From Pirellulales bacterium (GTDB taxonomy: Bacteria; Planctomycetota; Planctomycetia; Pirellulales; PALSA-1355), in assembly GCA_963733035.1 (NCBI GenBank), contig CAVTBU010000006.1:768001-832000 (forward strand): a DNA stretch of 64,000 nt, given 5' to 3'. This document shows positions 54,893-64,000 of this stretch, piece after piece. The position numbers and the translations under genes are program-made. The notes below the pieces were generated by a model that made no database searches, had not been told where the DNA came from, and saw only the letters and a list, made by a program, of their open reading frames with translations. Positions within the stretch are counted from its first letter, which is position 1. Every line of letters begins with the position of its first letter.

Positions 54893-56010
54893 CGCCGTGC
54901 GAGTGTGTTGCCGCTCAAGCGTTTTACGAGCCGCCGCATCTCCAAGGCGCTGATGGTCGACAGGACTTGCCCGGTCGGCAGGCCGCTGGCGGCAACGATG
55001 GCGTCGATCGTCGTGGCGTCCGTATTGATCGCGGCCAGCACCTGCTGCTCGATCTCGTTGAGCAACAGCTCGGCCGGATGATGGACCGCCTGGCCATCGG
55101 CATTCTCGGCCGGAGCCACCAACGGACCAAGCTCTTCCAGAATGTCCTCCGGCGTTTCCACCAACTTTGCGCCGTCGCGAATCAGGCGGTGGCAGCCGCG
55201 CGACATGCGACTATCGATCCTGCCCGGCACGGCGAACACCTCGCGGCCTTGTTCCATGGCATGGCGTGCCGAGATGAGCGCGCCGGATTGCACCGATGCT
55301 TCGACGACCAGCACGCCCAGTGACAATCCGCTGATGATCCGATTTCGCTGCGGAAACGCGCCGGCCATCGGCGGGCTCTCGGGTGGTGCTTCGCTGACAA
55401 CGGCTCCCCGCGCCGCAATTTCCAGCGAAAGCTCGGCATGTTCCGGCGGATAGAGATTGAGCACGCCACTGCCGAGAACCGCGATTGTCCTTCCACCCGC
55501 GGCGAGCGCTCCGCGATGTGCCGCGCCGTCGATACCTCGCGCCAGCCCGCTGGTGATCGTCATTCCGGCTCGTGCCAAGCTGGCCGCCAATCGTTCGGCC
55601 TGCGCGAGTCCATACTGAGTGGCATGCCGTGAGCCGACGATTGCCATGGCGATTGCATCCTGCGGCAGGATCTGCCCGCGCACGAACAGGATGCCTGGCG
55701 GGTCGTAAATTTCACGGAGCGAGCGCGGGTAGTCGTCGTCCTGATCGGTGAGGATGCGAATGTTGTGCGCCGCGCACAGGTCGAGCTGCGCCTGCACGTC
55801 GATCTCTTCCCTGGCGACGGCAATCCGCCGGGTCAACGCGCTGCCGACACCGGGCACGCCGCGCAACTCGGAAGGTGCCGCCGCGAGCACGGCCCCGGCG
55901 CTGCCGAACGCTTCGAGCAGTGCCTTGCGAAGTCGCGGGCCAACGCCCGGGATCAGCGACAGCCGCAGGGCGTCTGCCAGGGCCTCGCCGTTGGAACTAG
56001 AACGGTTCAT
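54889..56010 (-). CDS. dprA: DNA-processing protein DprA
   Basis: IPGVGP; AIVGSR; SGLARGIDGAAH; FPQRNRIISGLS; GREVFAVPG. Confidence 0.95.
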   Translation of the reverse strand: MNRSSSNGEALADALRLSLIPGVGPRLRKALLEAFGSAGAVLAAAPSELRGVPGVGSALTRRIAVAREEIDVQAQLDLCAAHNIRILTDQDDDYPRSLREIYDPPGILFVRGQILPQDAIAMAIVGSRHATQYGLAQAERLAASLARAGMTITSGLARGIDGAAHRGALAAGGRTIAVLGSGVLNLYPPEHAELSLEIAARGAVVSEAPPESPPMAGAFPQRNRIISGLSLGVLVVEASVQSGALISARHAMEQGREVFAVPGRIDSRMSRGCHRLIRDGAKLVETPEDILEELGPLVAPAENADGQAVHHPAELLLNEIEQQVLAAINTDATTIDAIVAASGLPTGQVLSTISALEMRRLVKRLSGNTLARR

Positions 56011-56112
56011 CGGTGCTTGGGCGGTGTCGGCTCGGAAGGGCGGTTCACACCGCCGGCGGAAACAGTCTACACCACGGGTGGGGTGACTGGCACCCCTGGC
56101 AAAACCAATCGC

Positions 56113-57192
56113 CTACCCGTGCAGTGCCGCCACGACATCGCAATCCTCGACCTCGCCCACGAGCTCCACGTGGCCCATCCGGGTCGGCAGCACGAATCGC
56201 AGCTTGCCGTGCTCGACTTTTTTGTCGTGTGCCATCGCGTTGAGCAGCGCCTGTGGGTCGACTTGCGGAAAATCCACCGGCAGCTTGAGGGCCTTCAGCA
56301 GCTTGCGTTGTCGCGCCGTGAACTTGCGGTCCACCCGACCCAAGCGTTCGGCCAGCCGCGAGGCGCAGAGCATGCCCAGCGAGACGGCTTCGCCGTGTAG
56401 ATACTCGCCATAGCCAGTCACGGTTTCCAGGGCATGGCAAAAGGTGTGTCCGTAATTGAGGACGGCCCGTAGTCCAGTCAGCTCGCGCTCATCGGCGGCC
56501 ACCACGTCTGCCTTCAGTTCGCAGGACCGGGCGATGACATGCTGCAGTACGCCCGAGTCGCGCTGCGAGAGTTCCGCGACGTGGTCTTCGAGATAACTGA
56601 AAAAGTCAGCGTCCAGAATCACGCCATACTTGACCACCTCGGCCAGTCCGGCCCGATATTCACGCTCGGGCAGCGTGTCGAGCACCGAAGTGTCGATCAG
56701 CACACCGAGTGGTTGCCAGAAAGCTCCGACCATATTCTTCCCGCCGGCCAGGTTGACGCCGACTTTGCCGCCGACGGAGCTATCGACTTGGGCGAGCAGC
56801 GTGGTGGGCACCTGCACGAAAGCCAACCCGCGAGCAAACGACGCCGCTACGAACCCGGCCAGATCGCCGACCACGCCGCCGCCGACCGCAACGATCACAG
56901 TCTTGCGATCGGCTCCCAGTTCGAGCAACTTGTCCCATAGCCCGGCTGCCGAGGCGACGTTCTTGGTGGCTTCGCCCGGCTCGACGACCAGCAGATCGAC
57001 ATCGGCTCCGGCCTGCGACAGGCTGGTGGCGGCGGCCAGGGCATGCGGCGTTTCGACGTGCTCGTCGGTAATGATCACGGCATGTGACAAGCGGCACAGG
57101 CGACTGACCAACGGGCCTAGATCGCGCAAGTTGTCGGTGCCGATTTCGATCGGATAGCTGCGCTCGCTCAGCTTTACTTCGACGGTCGTCAC
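56113..57192 (-). CDS. aroB: 3-dehydroquinate synthase
   Basis: GGGVVGDLAGF; PTTLLAQVDSSVGGK; LNYGHTF; HGEAV. Confidence 0.96.
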   Translation of the reverse strand: MTTVEVKLSERSYPIEIGTDNLRDLGPLVSRLCRLSHAVIITDEHVETPHALAAATSLSQAGADVDLLVVEPGEATKNVASAAGLWDKLLELGADRKTVIVAVGGGVVGDLAGFVAASFARGLAFVQVPTTLLAQVDSSVGGKVGVNLAGGKNMVGAFWQPLGVLIDTSVLDTLPEREYRAGLAEVVKYGVILDADFFSYLEDHVAELSQRDSGVLQHVIARSCELKADVVAADERELTGLRAVLNYGHTFCHALETVTGYGEYLHGEAVSLGMLCASRLAERLGRVDRKFTARQRKLLKALKLPVDFPQVDPQALLNAMAHDKKVEHGKLRFVLPTRMGHVELVGEVEDCDVVAALHG

Positions 57193-57230
57193 GCGACTTG
57201 GGTTCCTGGTTGCAACACGCGATTGGGTAC

Positions 57231-57253
57231 CACGGCTGGCTTGTCCAGCCGTG
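57231..57253. repeat. REP-like palindrome, second copy at 63964-63986
   Basis: CACGGCTGG-CTTGT-CCAGCCGTG versus CGCGGCTGG-CTCGC-CCAGCCGTG. Confidence 0.65.
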
Positions 57254-57287
57254 TGCCAGCCAAAGGTATTAATCTACCAACACAAGC

Positions 57288-57394
57288 CCAGGCCGTGCGG
57301 GGCAATCGAGGGGACTGGCTGCGGGCAGACGGGCTCCAATTGACGGGGGCACACAGGCCCGGTGGCTGCCCCTCGATTGCCCCGCACGGCCTGG
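57288..57394. repeat. Long hairpin with perfect 26-bp arms
   Basis: CCAGGCCGTGCGGGGCAATCGAGGGG ... CCCCTCGATTGCCCCGCACGGCCTGG. Confidence 0.8.
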
Positions 57395-57431
57395 ATCGCA
57401 CGAATGCCGGCTACCAAGTCTGGGCGACGGG

Positions 57432-57656
57432 CTACGCGCCCAGACGCTGTAGATCTTCTGGCGTGACCGTAATCTGACGTACAAAGCCGGTGTGCATGCG
57501 GACGTATTCCAACTCGTTAGCGTTGGCCGGGTCGGCGTGCAATTGTTCTTCGATATGGCGACGATCGGTCGGTTCCCAGTCGTCGTACTCGTCCGGCCAG
57601 ATGGTCGTGACCTCCATCACCAGGGCTTCGCGATACGGATCGAACTCGTTGGACAT
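57432..57656 (-). CDS. Small acidic hypothetical protein
   Basis: MSNEFDPYREALV...YVRMHTGFVRQITVT; 74 aa. Confidence 0.7.
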   Translation of the reverse strand: MSNEFDPYREALVMEVTTIWPDEYDDWEPTDRRHIEEQLHADPANANELEYVRMHTGFVRQITVTPEDLQRLGA

Positions 57657-57782
57657 ACGGATATCAAGGCAATAGGATGACGAATCGATTGGCGATTGCC
57701 TCACAGTATACTACCCCCGTGGCGCGTGGCTAGTGGCCCGCGCATCTCGAGGTCGACGGCCCACTAGCGTTCGGAAAACGCC

Positions 57783-58450
57783 ATGCAACGCGGCAAGATC
57801 ACGATCTTGATTATCCTGTTGGTGGCGGTGGTCGCCGCGGTGTCGAGCGTCTTGTATCAAATTCGCGGTCAGCAGCGGGCCCAGGATTTTTGGGGTACGC
57901 AAACCGCGCTGCTCATCGACAAGGCGCCGCAGGTCGAAGTGCTTGAACTCGGCAAGCCGGCCGCCGGCCTCTCGCTCGGCGAAAACGACGAGCCGGAAGA
58001 TGAGCCCCCGCGCCGGCCGAGGGCGAACCGGACAACCCGCCGCCGATGCCAACGGCCAAGGCGGTCGAGTTCGACGGCACGCCCTGGATGATCGTCCACT
58101 CGAAAGACGCCGCCGCCGCCAAGGGCATTACCAACCTGCGGCGCGCTCTGGTGGTCGATACGACGTATGATTGGGGCGAGCCCACGACCGCCGAACCGCA
58201 TTGGACGCACGGCCTGGCCGTGGAAGACGGGCATGACTGGGCCACCGTGCTGTTTGACTTCGACTCCCGCCAGATCGGTCTGGCCGGCGGGCGCCGCACG
58301 GCGCTGCTGAACCCCGAGGCCAACAGCGAGTTCCAAGGCTTCTTTCGCGAACAATTCACCGCGCCCGAACCCGACAAGGTAAAGCCGGTCGAACCGCCGG
58401 CCTCCGAACCGACCGATTCGGCGGAGCAAACCGAGTCCGACTCAAATTGA
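57783..58450 (+). CDS. Hypothetical membrane-anchored protein (frameshift near 58008)
   Basis: N-terminal TM; ORFs 57783..58091 and 58046..58450 join through ..APAEGEPDNPPPM. Confidence 0.65.
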
Positions 58451-58486
58451 ATTGGGGTGCGGATTCGGCGCCACGACAGGACGCTT

Positions 58487-59284
58487 CTACTGGCCCTTGA
58501 GTTGCCCGGCCTGCAACGCCGCCTGCGCGCGTTCGACTTCCAGGTAGTAGTCGCGTCGCTCGAGCAGTCGCGCCGCTTCCTCGTCGAGGATGGCGATCAC
58601 GTCGCGGTGCAGTTGCAGTGCCGAGGCCGTGACCTGCGCCGTGATCGGCCCTTCGATCGTATCGCGAATCGCCTTGGCCTTGTGCGGCCCGGCGGCCAAT
58701 AGCAGGCATTGCCGCGATTCGAGGATCGTGCCCACGCCCATCGTGATGGCCAGTCGCGGCACTTCCTGTTCGCTGCCGAAGAAGCGGGCGTTGTCGCGCA
58801 CCGTTTCGGCCGTCAACGTTTTGAGCCGCGTGCGACTGCCGAGCGATGAACCGGGTTCGTTGAACGCAATGTGACCGTCGCTGCCGATGCCCAGCACCTG
58901 CAGGTCGATGCCACCCTCGTCGGTGATCAGCCGTTCGTATTGCTCGCAGTAGGCTTCGAAGTCGAGCGCCCGGCCGTCGGGCACGTGTGTGTCGCGGGGA
59001 TCGATGTTGATGTGGTCGAACAAGTTCTGCTGCATGAAGAAGCGGTAACTTTGCGGATGGGTCGCGGTCAGCCCCACGTACTCGTCGAGGTTGAACGTGA
59101 CGACCCGCGAAAAGTCGAGTCCCTCCTCGCGGTGCAAGCGAATCAGCTCCGAGTACATCCCCAGCGGCGTGCTCCCGGTGGCCAACCCCAGCACGCAGTT
59201 CGGGCGTTTGCGCACTAGTTGTGCCACGAATTGGGCGGCTCGCCGGCTGACGCCATCCTTATCCTGTTCCACGATCACACGCAT
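58487..59284 (-). CDS. nagB: Glucosamine-6-phosphate deaminase
   Basis: LGLATGSTP; FNLDEY; LGIGSDGHIAFNEP; ITMGVGTI. Confidence 0.96.
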   Translation of the reverse strand: MRVIVEQDKDGVSRRAAQFVAQLVRKRPNCVLGLATGSTPLGMYSELIRLHREEGLDFSRVVTFNLDEYVGLTATHPQSYRFFMQQNLFDHINIDPRDTHVPDGRALDFEAYCEQYERLITDEGGIDLQVLGIGSDGHIAFNEPGSSLGSRTRLKTLTAETVRDNARFFGSEQEVPRLAITMGVGTILESRQCLLLAAGPHKAKAIRDTIEGPITAQVTASALQLHRDVIAILDEEAARLLERRDYYLEVERAQAALQAGQLKGQ

Positions 59285-59569
59285 CGAAGCAGCTCCACAA
59301 GTTGATCGAACGACATCTTTCAGACTACCACGTTTTCCCGTCCGACGACGCCCAACAGCCGGGAAACCGTATGTTTTAATAGAAGCCTCCGACCGAGCCT
59401 ATAGGCCACCCGGCTCGAACAATCTTGCATGCTCACGCATGGGCTCGATCGCTCTAGGCCCTGGCGGCCCTCCCCGCTACAATCCGCCGGATTTTTTGCC
59501 CCTCTTCGTGCTGCGCTGCGCCGTCCCGCACCCTCGGGCCGGCCTCCTTTTCAGGAGCGAACGCCAAGG

Positions 59570-62500
59570 ATGACACGTCGCCTGAGCTTCCGAGCTTCCG
59601 TCACCTGGTTCTGTACGTGGCTGTTTGCCGCCGCGGCGCTGGCCATCGAACCGTTGCACGCCGACCCGATGTTGGCCGACGCACAACTGGCCGACGTCAA
59701 ATTCGTCGACAGCCAGCAGGGCTGGGCCGTGGGCGATCGGGGTGTCATCTGGCACACCGTCGATGGCGGCACGAACTGGGAAACGCAGAACTCGGGCGTC
59801 GAGTGCCGCTTGTCGAGCCTGTTTTTTCTGAACGACAAAATCGGCTGGGCGGCCGGCGGCTACACGCAGCCTTACACGCATGCCACGGTGGGCGTTGTGC
59901 TGCAAACCCGCGACGGCGGTCAGCACTGGACGATCCAGCGAGACCGCATTCTGCCTGCGATCCGGCAGATCGGTTTTTTCGACTCGCATGATGGTTGGGC
60001 CGTGGGACAGAGTTCCGCACTTTTTCCCAGCGGGGTCTATACCACGAACGACGGTGGACGAAGCTGGTCGGCCGTGCCGGGCGAAGTGGCCCGCGCCTGG
60101 TTAACCGCCGATTTTCTCGATCCCAACACGGCCGCGCTTGCCGGCCGCGATAGCCTGGTGGCCACGGCCAGCCGACGGGGCGTCGAGCCGCGACCGGCGG
60201 ACTTCGGCCTGCGCACATTGAACCGCCTGAAGCTCGTCGCGCCGACCGGCGGCTGGCTGGTAGGCGACGGCGGACTGATTCTGCAAACCAGCGACGCCGG
60301 CAAGAGCTGGCAGACCACTGCCGGCGTGCTGCCGCCAGGCGCCGCCACGCAGTTCGACTACGGCGCGCTGGCCGTTCGCGGCAACCATGTTTGGGTGGCC
60401 GGAACTCCCGGCACGCGCGTCTTGCACAGCGCCGACGGCGGCCAAACCTGGAATTCTGCCGACACGCGCCAAACCTTGCCGATCCGCAGTCTCTTCTTCG
60501 TCGACGACCAACTCGGCTGGGCCGTGGGCGACCTCGGCACGATTCTGGCCACCACCGACGGCGGCCGAACCTGGCGCCGCCAACGATCCGGTGGCGCGCA
60601 GAGCGCATTCGCGGGATTCTTCAGCCGGCCAGCGCAACTTCCACACGAACTCATCGCCCGCCTGGCGGCCGACGAAGGTTATCTCGGTGTCATGGAAGTG
60701 CTAAACCGCGAGGATGCGGAAATCCGCTCGCCCGAAGATCCCGACGCGCTTGCGCATCAATCGAGTGTCGCGGCCGGAGCCAGCGTGGGCTCGGTGGCCT
60801 GGCGGTTTCCGCTCCGTTCGGCGGATCTCAAGCTTTCGGCCGATCAATTGATCGACGACTGGAATCGGGTGAACGACGGTCAGGCCCTGGCCAAGCTCGA
60901 AGGCCACATCGTGGGTCGCATCCGCATGTGGCGTCCGAGCGTGGTGTTTACGCTGGCCGCCGACGCCCGAGATCCGTTGGCCCTGGCGATCAACCAGATG
61001 GTCCTCACCGCGGCCGAACACGCCGGCGATCCGAAGCACTACCCCGAACATATTGCCGAAGCCGGCTTGCAGCCGTGGAAGGTCGAGAAGGTTTACGCCG
61101 CGCTCGGCGACGGAGTCGGCACTACGAACATCAATACGGCCCAGGTCACGGCGCGGCTGGGACGTTCGATTGGCGAGCTCGCCTCGCCTGCCCGCGGACT
61201 GGTGGCCCGGCAGTACGTGGCGCCCAAGCCGAACGTCGGTTTTCGGTTGCTCATCGATCAGATTCCCCAGGGACTCGGCGAGCGTGACTTCTTCAGCGGG
61301 ATCGCGCTTTCGCCCGGTGGCGAAGCCCGGCGCGCCTATGCCGAAACCACGCGGAACAACCTGGCGGCCGCTCAACGCGAGGCGCAGATGTTTCGCAACT
61401 TGCAGGCCATCCTGGCGCAGGCCGACAATAGCCCGGCCAGCGGTCACTTTCTGGCAAACATCGGTGATCAAACCCGGCGGCTCGAGCCCGACCGAGCCGC
61501 CGAGGTGCTGTTTCAACTCGGCAAGCGCTACTGGATGAAAGGCCGGCCCGACATGGCCGCCGAGTGCTACGAGGTCATCGCCGAGCGGTACGCCAACCAT
61601 CCGCTTGGCGGCGCGGCACTCGTCTGGCTCGTACAGTATTACTCCAGCGGCGAAACGGCACACCGCGCGCGGGCTGCCGGACAAATCACGGCCCAGCAGG
61701 CCACGGCGCACGTGCTTGTGCCAGGTAAGAGCTTTGCCGTCGGCGGCGGGCTGCCGGCGGCCGGTTCGCCCGAGGCTGTGCGTCGGGCCGGCGGAGTTGC
61801 CGCCGAGTCCGGCGTGGTGACGGCCGGGGGACTGGTGGCGGACCCTGCTCAAAGTCAGCGCTGGGCCAAGGCGTGCGGCTATGCCGAGCAACTCGAACAA
61901 GTCGAACCAGCCTATGCCTTCGAGCCGCGCGTCCGATTCCCACTTGCCGTGTCCCAGCGGCGGCAAGGTCTCTCGGGAGCCGCGAACCGATTCTATCAAG
62001 CGCTGCGGCACCATCGCCCGCCCGACGCCTGGTGGGCCTGCGGTCAAAGCGAGCTTTGGCTCACTGGCGAGCGCAGCGATCAGCCGCCCAAGCCGCTTTG
62101 GAGTTGTCCGCGCACGCCGGGCAAGCCGCATCTCGACGGCAAGCTCGACGAGCCGCTGTGGCACGCGTCCAACGTCGTCGAGCTGTGCAGTCCTCAGCGC
62201 GACGACAGCCAGTGGGGCGCCGTGGCCATGCTGGCCTACGACGACGAGTTCCTCTACATCGGCGTGAGCTGTACGCGTGCCGAGCCGTTTCGCTACCAAT
62301 CGTCCGACAAGCCGCGGCCGCGCGACGCCGATCTCGACGATCAGGATCGCGTGGAGCTGCTTATTGACGTTGATCGTGACTACGCCACGTTCTATCGCCT
62401 GGCAATTGATCACCGCGGCTGGACGGCCGAAAGCTGCTGGCACGACCCGACCTGGAACCCTGCCTGGTTTGTCGCGTCGGACGGCAACGACCAGCAGTGG

Positions 62501-62677
62501 ACGGCCGAAGCCGCCATTCCGTTGGCCGAGTTGAGCGATCAATCGCCCGATGCCAAAACCGTGTGGGCAGTGGGAGTGCAGCGCGTGGTTCCGGGCGTCG
62601 GCTTTCAATCGTGGACCACTCCCGCCGCGCCTGAGATTGTGCCCGAGGGCTTTGGCTATCTCACGTTCCAGCCCTAG
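59570..62677 (+). CDS. Secreted YCF48/BNR-propeller protein with PIG-L-like, TPR-like and CBM9-like regions
   Basis: Repeated GWAVG..T.DGG..W; IRMWRPSVVFT..PEHIAEAGLQPWKVEKVY; PHLDGKLDEPLW..AYDDEFLYI..WTAEAAIPL. Confidence 0.8.
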   Translation: MTRRLSFRASVTWFCTWLFAAAALAIEPLHADPMLADAQLADVKFVDSQQGWAVGDRGVIWHTVDGGTNWETQNSGVECRLSSLFFLNDKIGWAAGGYTQPYTHATVGVVLQTRDGGQHWTIQRDRILPAIRQIGFFDSHDGWAVGQSSALFPSGVYTTNDGGRSWSAVPGEVARAWLTADFLDPNTAALAGRDSLVATASRRGVEPRPADFGLRTLNRLKLVAPTGGWLVGDGGLILQTSDAGKSWQTTAGVLPPGAATQFDYGALAVRGNHVWVAGTPGTRVLHSADGGQTWNSADTRQTLPIRSLFFVDDQLGWAVGDLGTILATTDGGRTWRRQRSGGAQSAFAGFFSRPAQLPHELIARLAADEGYLGVMEVLNREDAEIRSPEDPDALAHQSSVAAGASVGSVAWRFPLRSADLKLSADQLIDDWNRVNDGQALAKLEGHIVGRIRMWRPSVVFTLAADARDPLALAINQMVLTAAEHAGDPKHYPEHIAEAGLQPWKVEKVYAALGDGVGTTNINTAQVTARLGRSIGELASPARGLVARQYVAPKPNVGFRLLIDQIPQGLGERDFFSGIALSPGGEARRAYAETTRNNLAAAQREAQMFRNLQAILAQADNSPASGHFLANIGDQTRRLEPDRAAEVLFQLGKRYWMKGRPDMAAECYEVIAERYANHPLGGAALVWLVQYYSSGETAHRARAAGQITAQQATAHVLVPGKSFAVGGGLPAAGSPEAVRRAGGVAAESGVVTAGGLVADPAQSQRWAKACGYAEQLEQVEPAYAFEPRVRFPLAVSQRRQGLSGAANRFYQALRHHRPPDAWWACGQSELWLTGERSDQPPKPLWSCPRTPGKPHLDGKLDEPLWHASNVVELCSPQRDDSQWGAVAMLAYDDEFLYIGVSCTRAEPFRYQSSDKPRPRDADLDDQDRVELLIDVDRDYATFYRLAIDHRGWTAESCWHDPTWNPAWFVASDGNDQQWTAEAAIPLAELSDQSPDAKTVWAVGVQRVVPGVGFQSWTTPAAPEIVPEGFGYLTFQP

Positions 62678-62731
62678 CGCGCCGGCGGCAACGTTCGGCA
62701 CCGGCTTGCGGCACGGTTGGCTTGGCGCACG

Positions 62732-62776
62732 AAAAAGGGCCGGAAGCCGAGTCGACTTCCAGCCCTTGGTTTTTCG
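62732..62776. terminator. Bidirectional terminator
   Basis: AAAAAGGGCCGGAAG...CTTCCAGCCCTTGGTTTTT between convergent genes. Confidence 0.75.
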
Positions 62777-62791
62777 TTGGCCGTCGCGCTC

Positions 62792-63205
62792 TTAACGCTT
62801 CGAGAACTGCGTACCGCGGCGGGCTCCACGCAGGCCGTAGTGCTTGCGTTCCTTCATGCGGCTGTCGCGAGTCAGCAGGTGATTGTGCCGCAAGGGATCG
62901 AACGTCTCGGAGTCAAACTTGATCAGCGCCCGGGCGATGCCGAGCATGCAGGCGCCCGACTGGCCGGTGGTGCCGCCGCCATGCACGCGAATCGACACGT
63001 CGACCGCGTCCAGCTTGCCGCTCTTTTCGAGCGGCGCCAGCACATTGCGGCGATCGCGATCGTTGACGAAGAATTCGTCAAACGGGCGATCGTTGATCAG
63101 AATCGTGCCCTTACCCGGACGGACGCGCACGCGGGCAACCGAAGTCTTGCGGCGTCCGGTACCCAAACTGTCGTTCGCTTTCGAAACTTTCGCGGCCTCT
63201 GCCAT
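62792..63205 (-). CDS. rpsI: 30S ribosomal protein S9
   Basis: GTGRRKTSVARV; GGGTTGQ; LTRDSRMKERK; QFSKR. Confidence 0.97.
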   Translation of the reverse strand: MAEAAKVSKANDSLGTGRRKTSVARVRVRPGKGTILINDRPFDEFFVNDRDRRNVLAPLEKSGKLDAVDVSIRVHGGGTTGQSGACMLGIARALIKFDSETFDPLRHNHLLTRDSRMKERKHYGLRGARRGTQFSKR

Positions 63206-63268
63206 CGGTTAGCTCTTTCAATCCTGCGGGAGGAATTGGACGGTGAATGATTGGTGATTGACTGCCGG

Positions 63269-63721
63269 CTACTTCTTGATAGCCAACTCTTTGGGCTGTG
63301 GATCCTGCGCCTGGTGCGGATGCTCGTTGCCGGCATAAACCTTCAGCTTATCGAGCATCTTGGTCGCCAGCTTGTTCTTCGGGAGCATGCGGCGCACGGC
63401 TTCGGTCAGAATCGACGCCGGATCGCGCTCGAAGCGCGTGCGGGCCGTTTCGCTCTGCAAGCCGGGGTAGCCCGTGGTCCAAGTGTAAACCTTCTGGTCC
63501 CACTTCTTGCCCGACAAGACAACTTTGTCGACGTTGATCACCACGACGTAATCGCCGGTGTCGGTGTGCGGGGTGTAGGTGGGGCGATGCTTGCCCATCA
63601 AGATCATGGCGATATCGCTGGCCAGCCGGCCGACGACCTTCTCGTTGGCATCGACAAGCCACCACTTCTTTTCCAACTCGCCGGGCTTGGCCATGTAGCT
63701 TTTGACAGTTGCCGTCTGCAT
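63269..63721 (-). CDS. rplM: 50S ribosomal protein L13
   Basis: WWLVDA..GRLAS..GKHRPTYTPH; AVRRMLPK; HPHQAQ. Confidence 0.97.
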   Translation of the reverse strand: MQTATVKSYMAKPGELEKKWWLVDANEKVVGRLASDIAMILMGKHRPTYTPHTDTGDYVVVINVDKVVLSGKKWDQKVYTWTTGYPGLQSETARTRFERDPASILTEAVRRMLPKNKLATKMLDKLKVYAGNEHPHQAQDPQPKELAIKK

Positions 63722-63858
63722 GTTTCACTCTTGATTCGCGTGTCGGGAGCCGGGCCAGCGCATAACATGGCGGCCGCCAGCCCCCGTAGGGGAAACCGCT
63801 AATTTAGCGGCTCCAGCCCGTTCGTTCAAGGCAGAGCCCCGCGGCTTTTACGGCTGGC

Positions 63859-63924
63859 GTTGGTCAGGCCTTGGCCTGACGTGGAGCGAATTGTGCTGTC
63901 CTGTCAGGCCAACTCATGACCTAC
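63859..63924. repeat. GTAG-type REP doublet (REPIN-like)
   Basis: GTTG-GTCAGGCC-TT-GGCCTGAC and the inverted, degenerate GTCAGGCC-AA-CTCATGAC-CTAC. Confidence 0.6.
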
Positions 63925-64000
63925 CGCTCGGCAATTATGCGAATCATGAAAGTTGTTGGCTGCCGCGGCTGGCTCGCCCAGCCGTGCTTTCCCTGCGACC

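Noticed and set aside
60701..62701. 666-aa minus-strand ORF
   Set aside because: Antisense shadow of the YCF48-like gene.

Overview
GC-rich bacterial chromosome segment, very probably from a Planctomycete (Pirellulales-like). This is inferred from the BBP7-like barrel, YCF48/CBM9-like giant protein, DUF1080, several LRR proteins, the BlaI/M56 pair and the 'MRLTLRTLLAYLD' protein. Core genes include nrdJ with tandem NrdR boxes, rne/rng, rplU, hpf-ptsN-like-ptsH-ptsI, parA, msrA, dprA, aroB, nagB and rplM-rpsI. Accessory material lies mainly at about 14.5-18.2 kb (PadR module and an AT-richer stand-alone P-loop NTPase) and about 21.9-30.6 kb (BlaI/M56-LRR sensor, an orphan AT-richer fragment and a decayed IS66). 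Eight otherwise intact genes each carry a single lesion, all at or next to GCGC/CGCG. These are probably sequencing artefacts and may reflect DNA methylation. Several REP-like palindromes and a long perfect hairpin occur between genes. No rRNA, tRNA or CRISPR array was seen. The best candidates for something undescribed are the solo NTPase and the roughly 1470-aa BlaR-type LRR receptor, whose promoter and operator are visible in the sequence. All family calls are from motif recognition by eye, not database searches.
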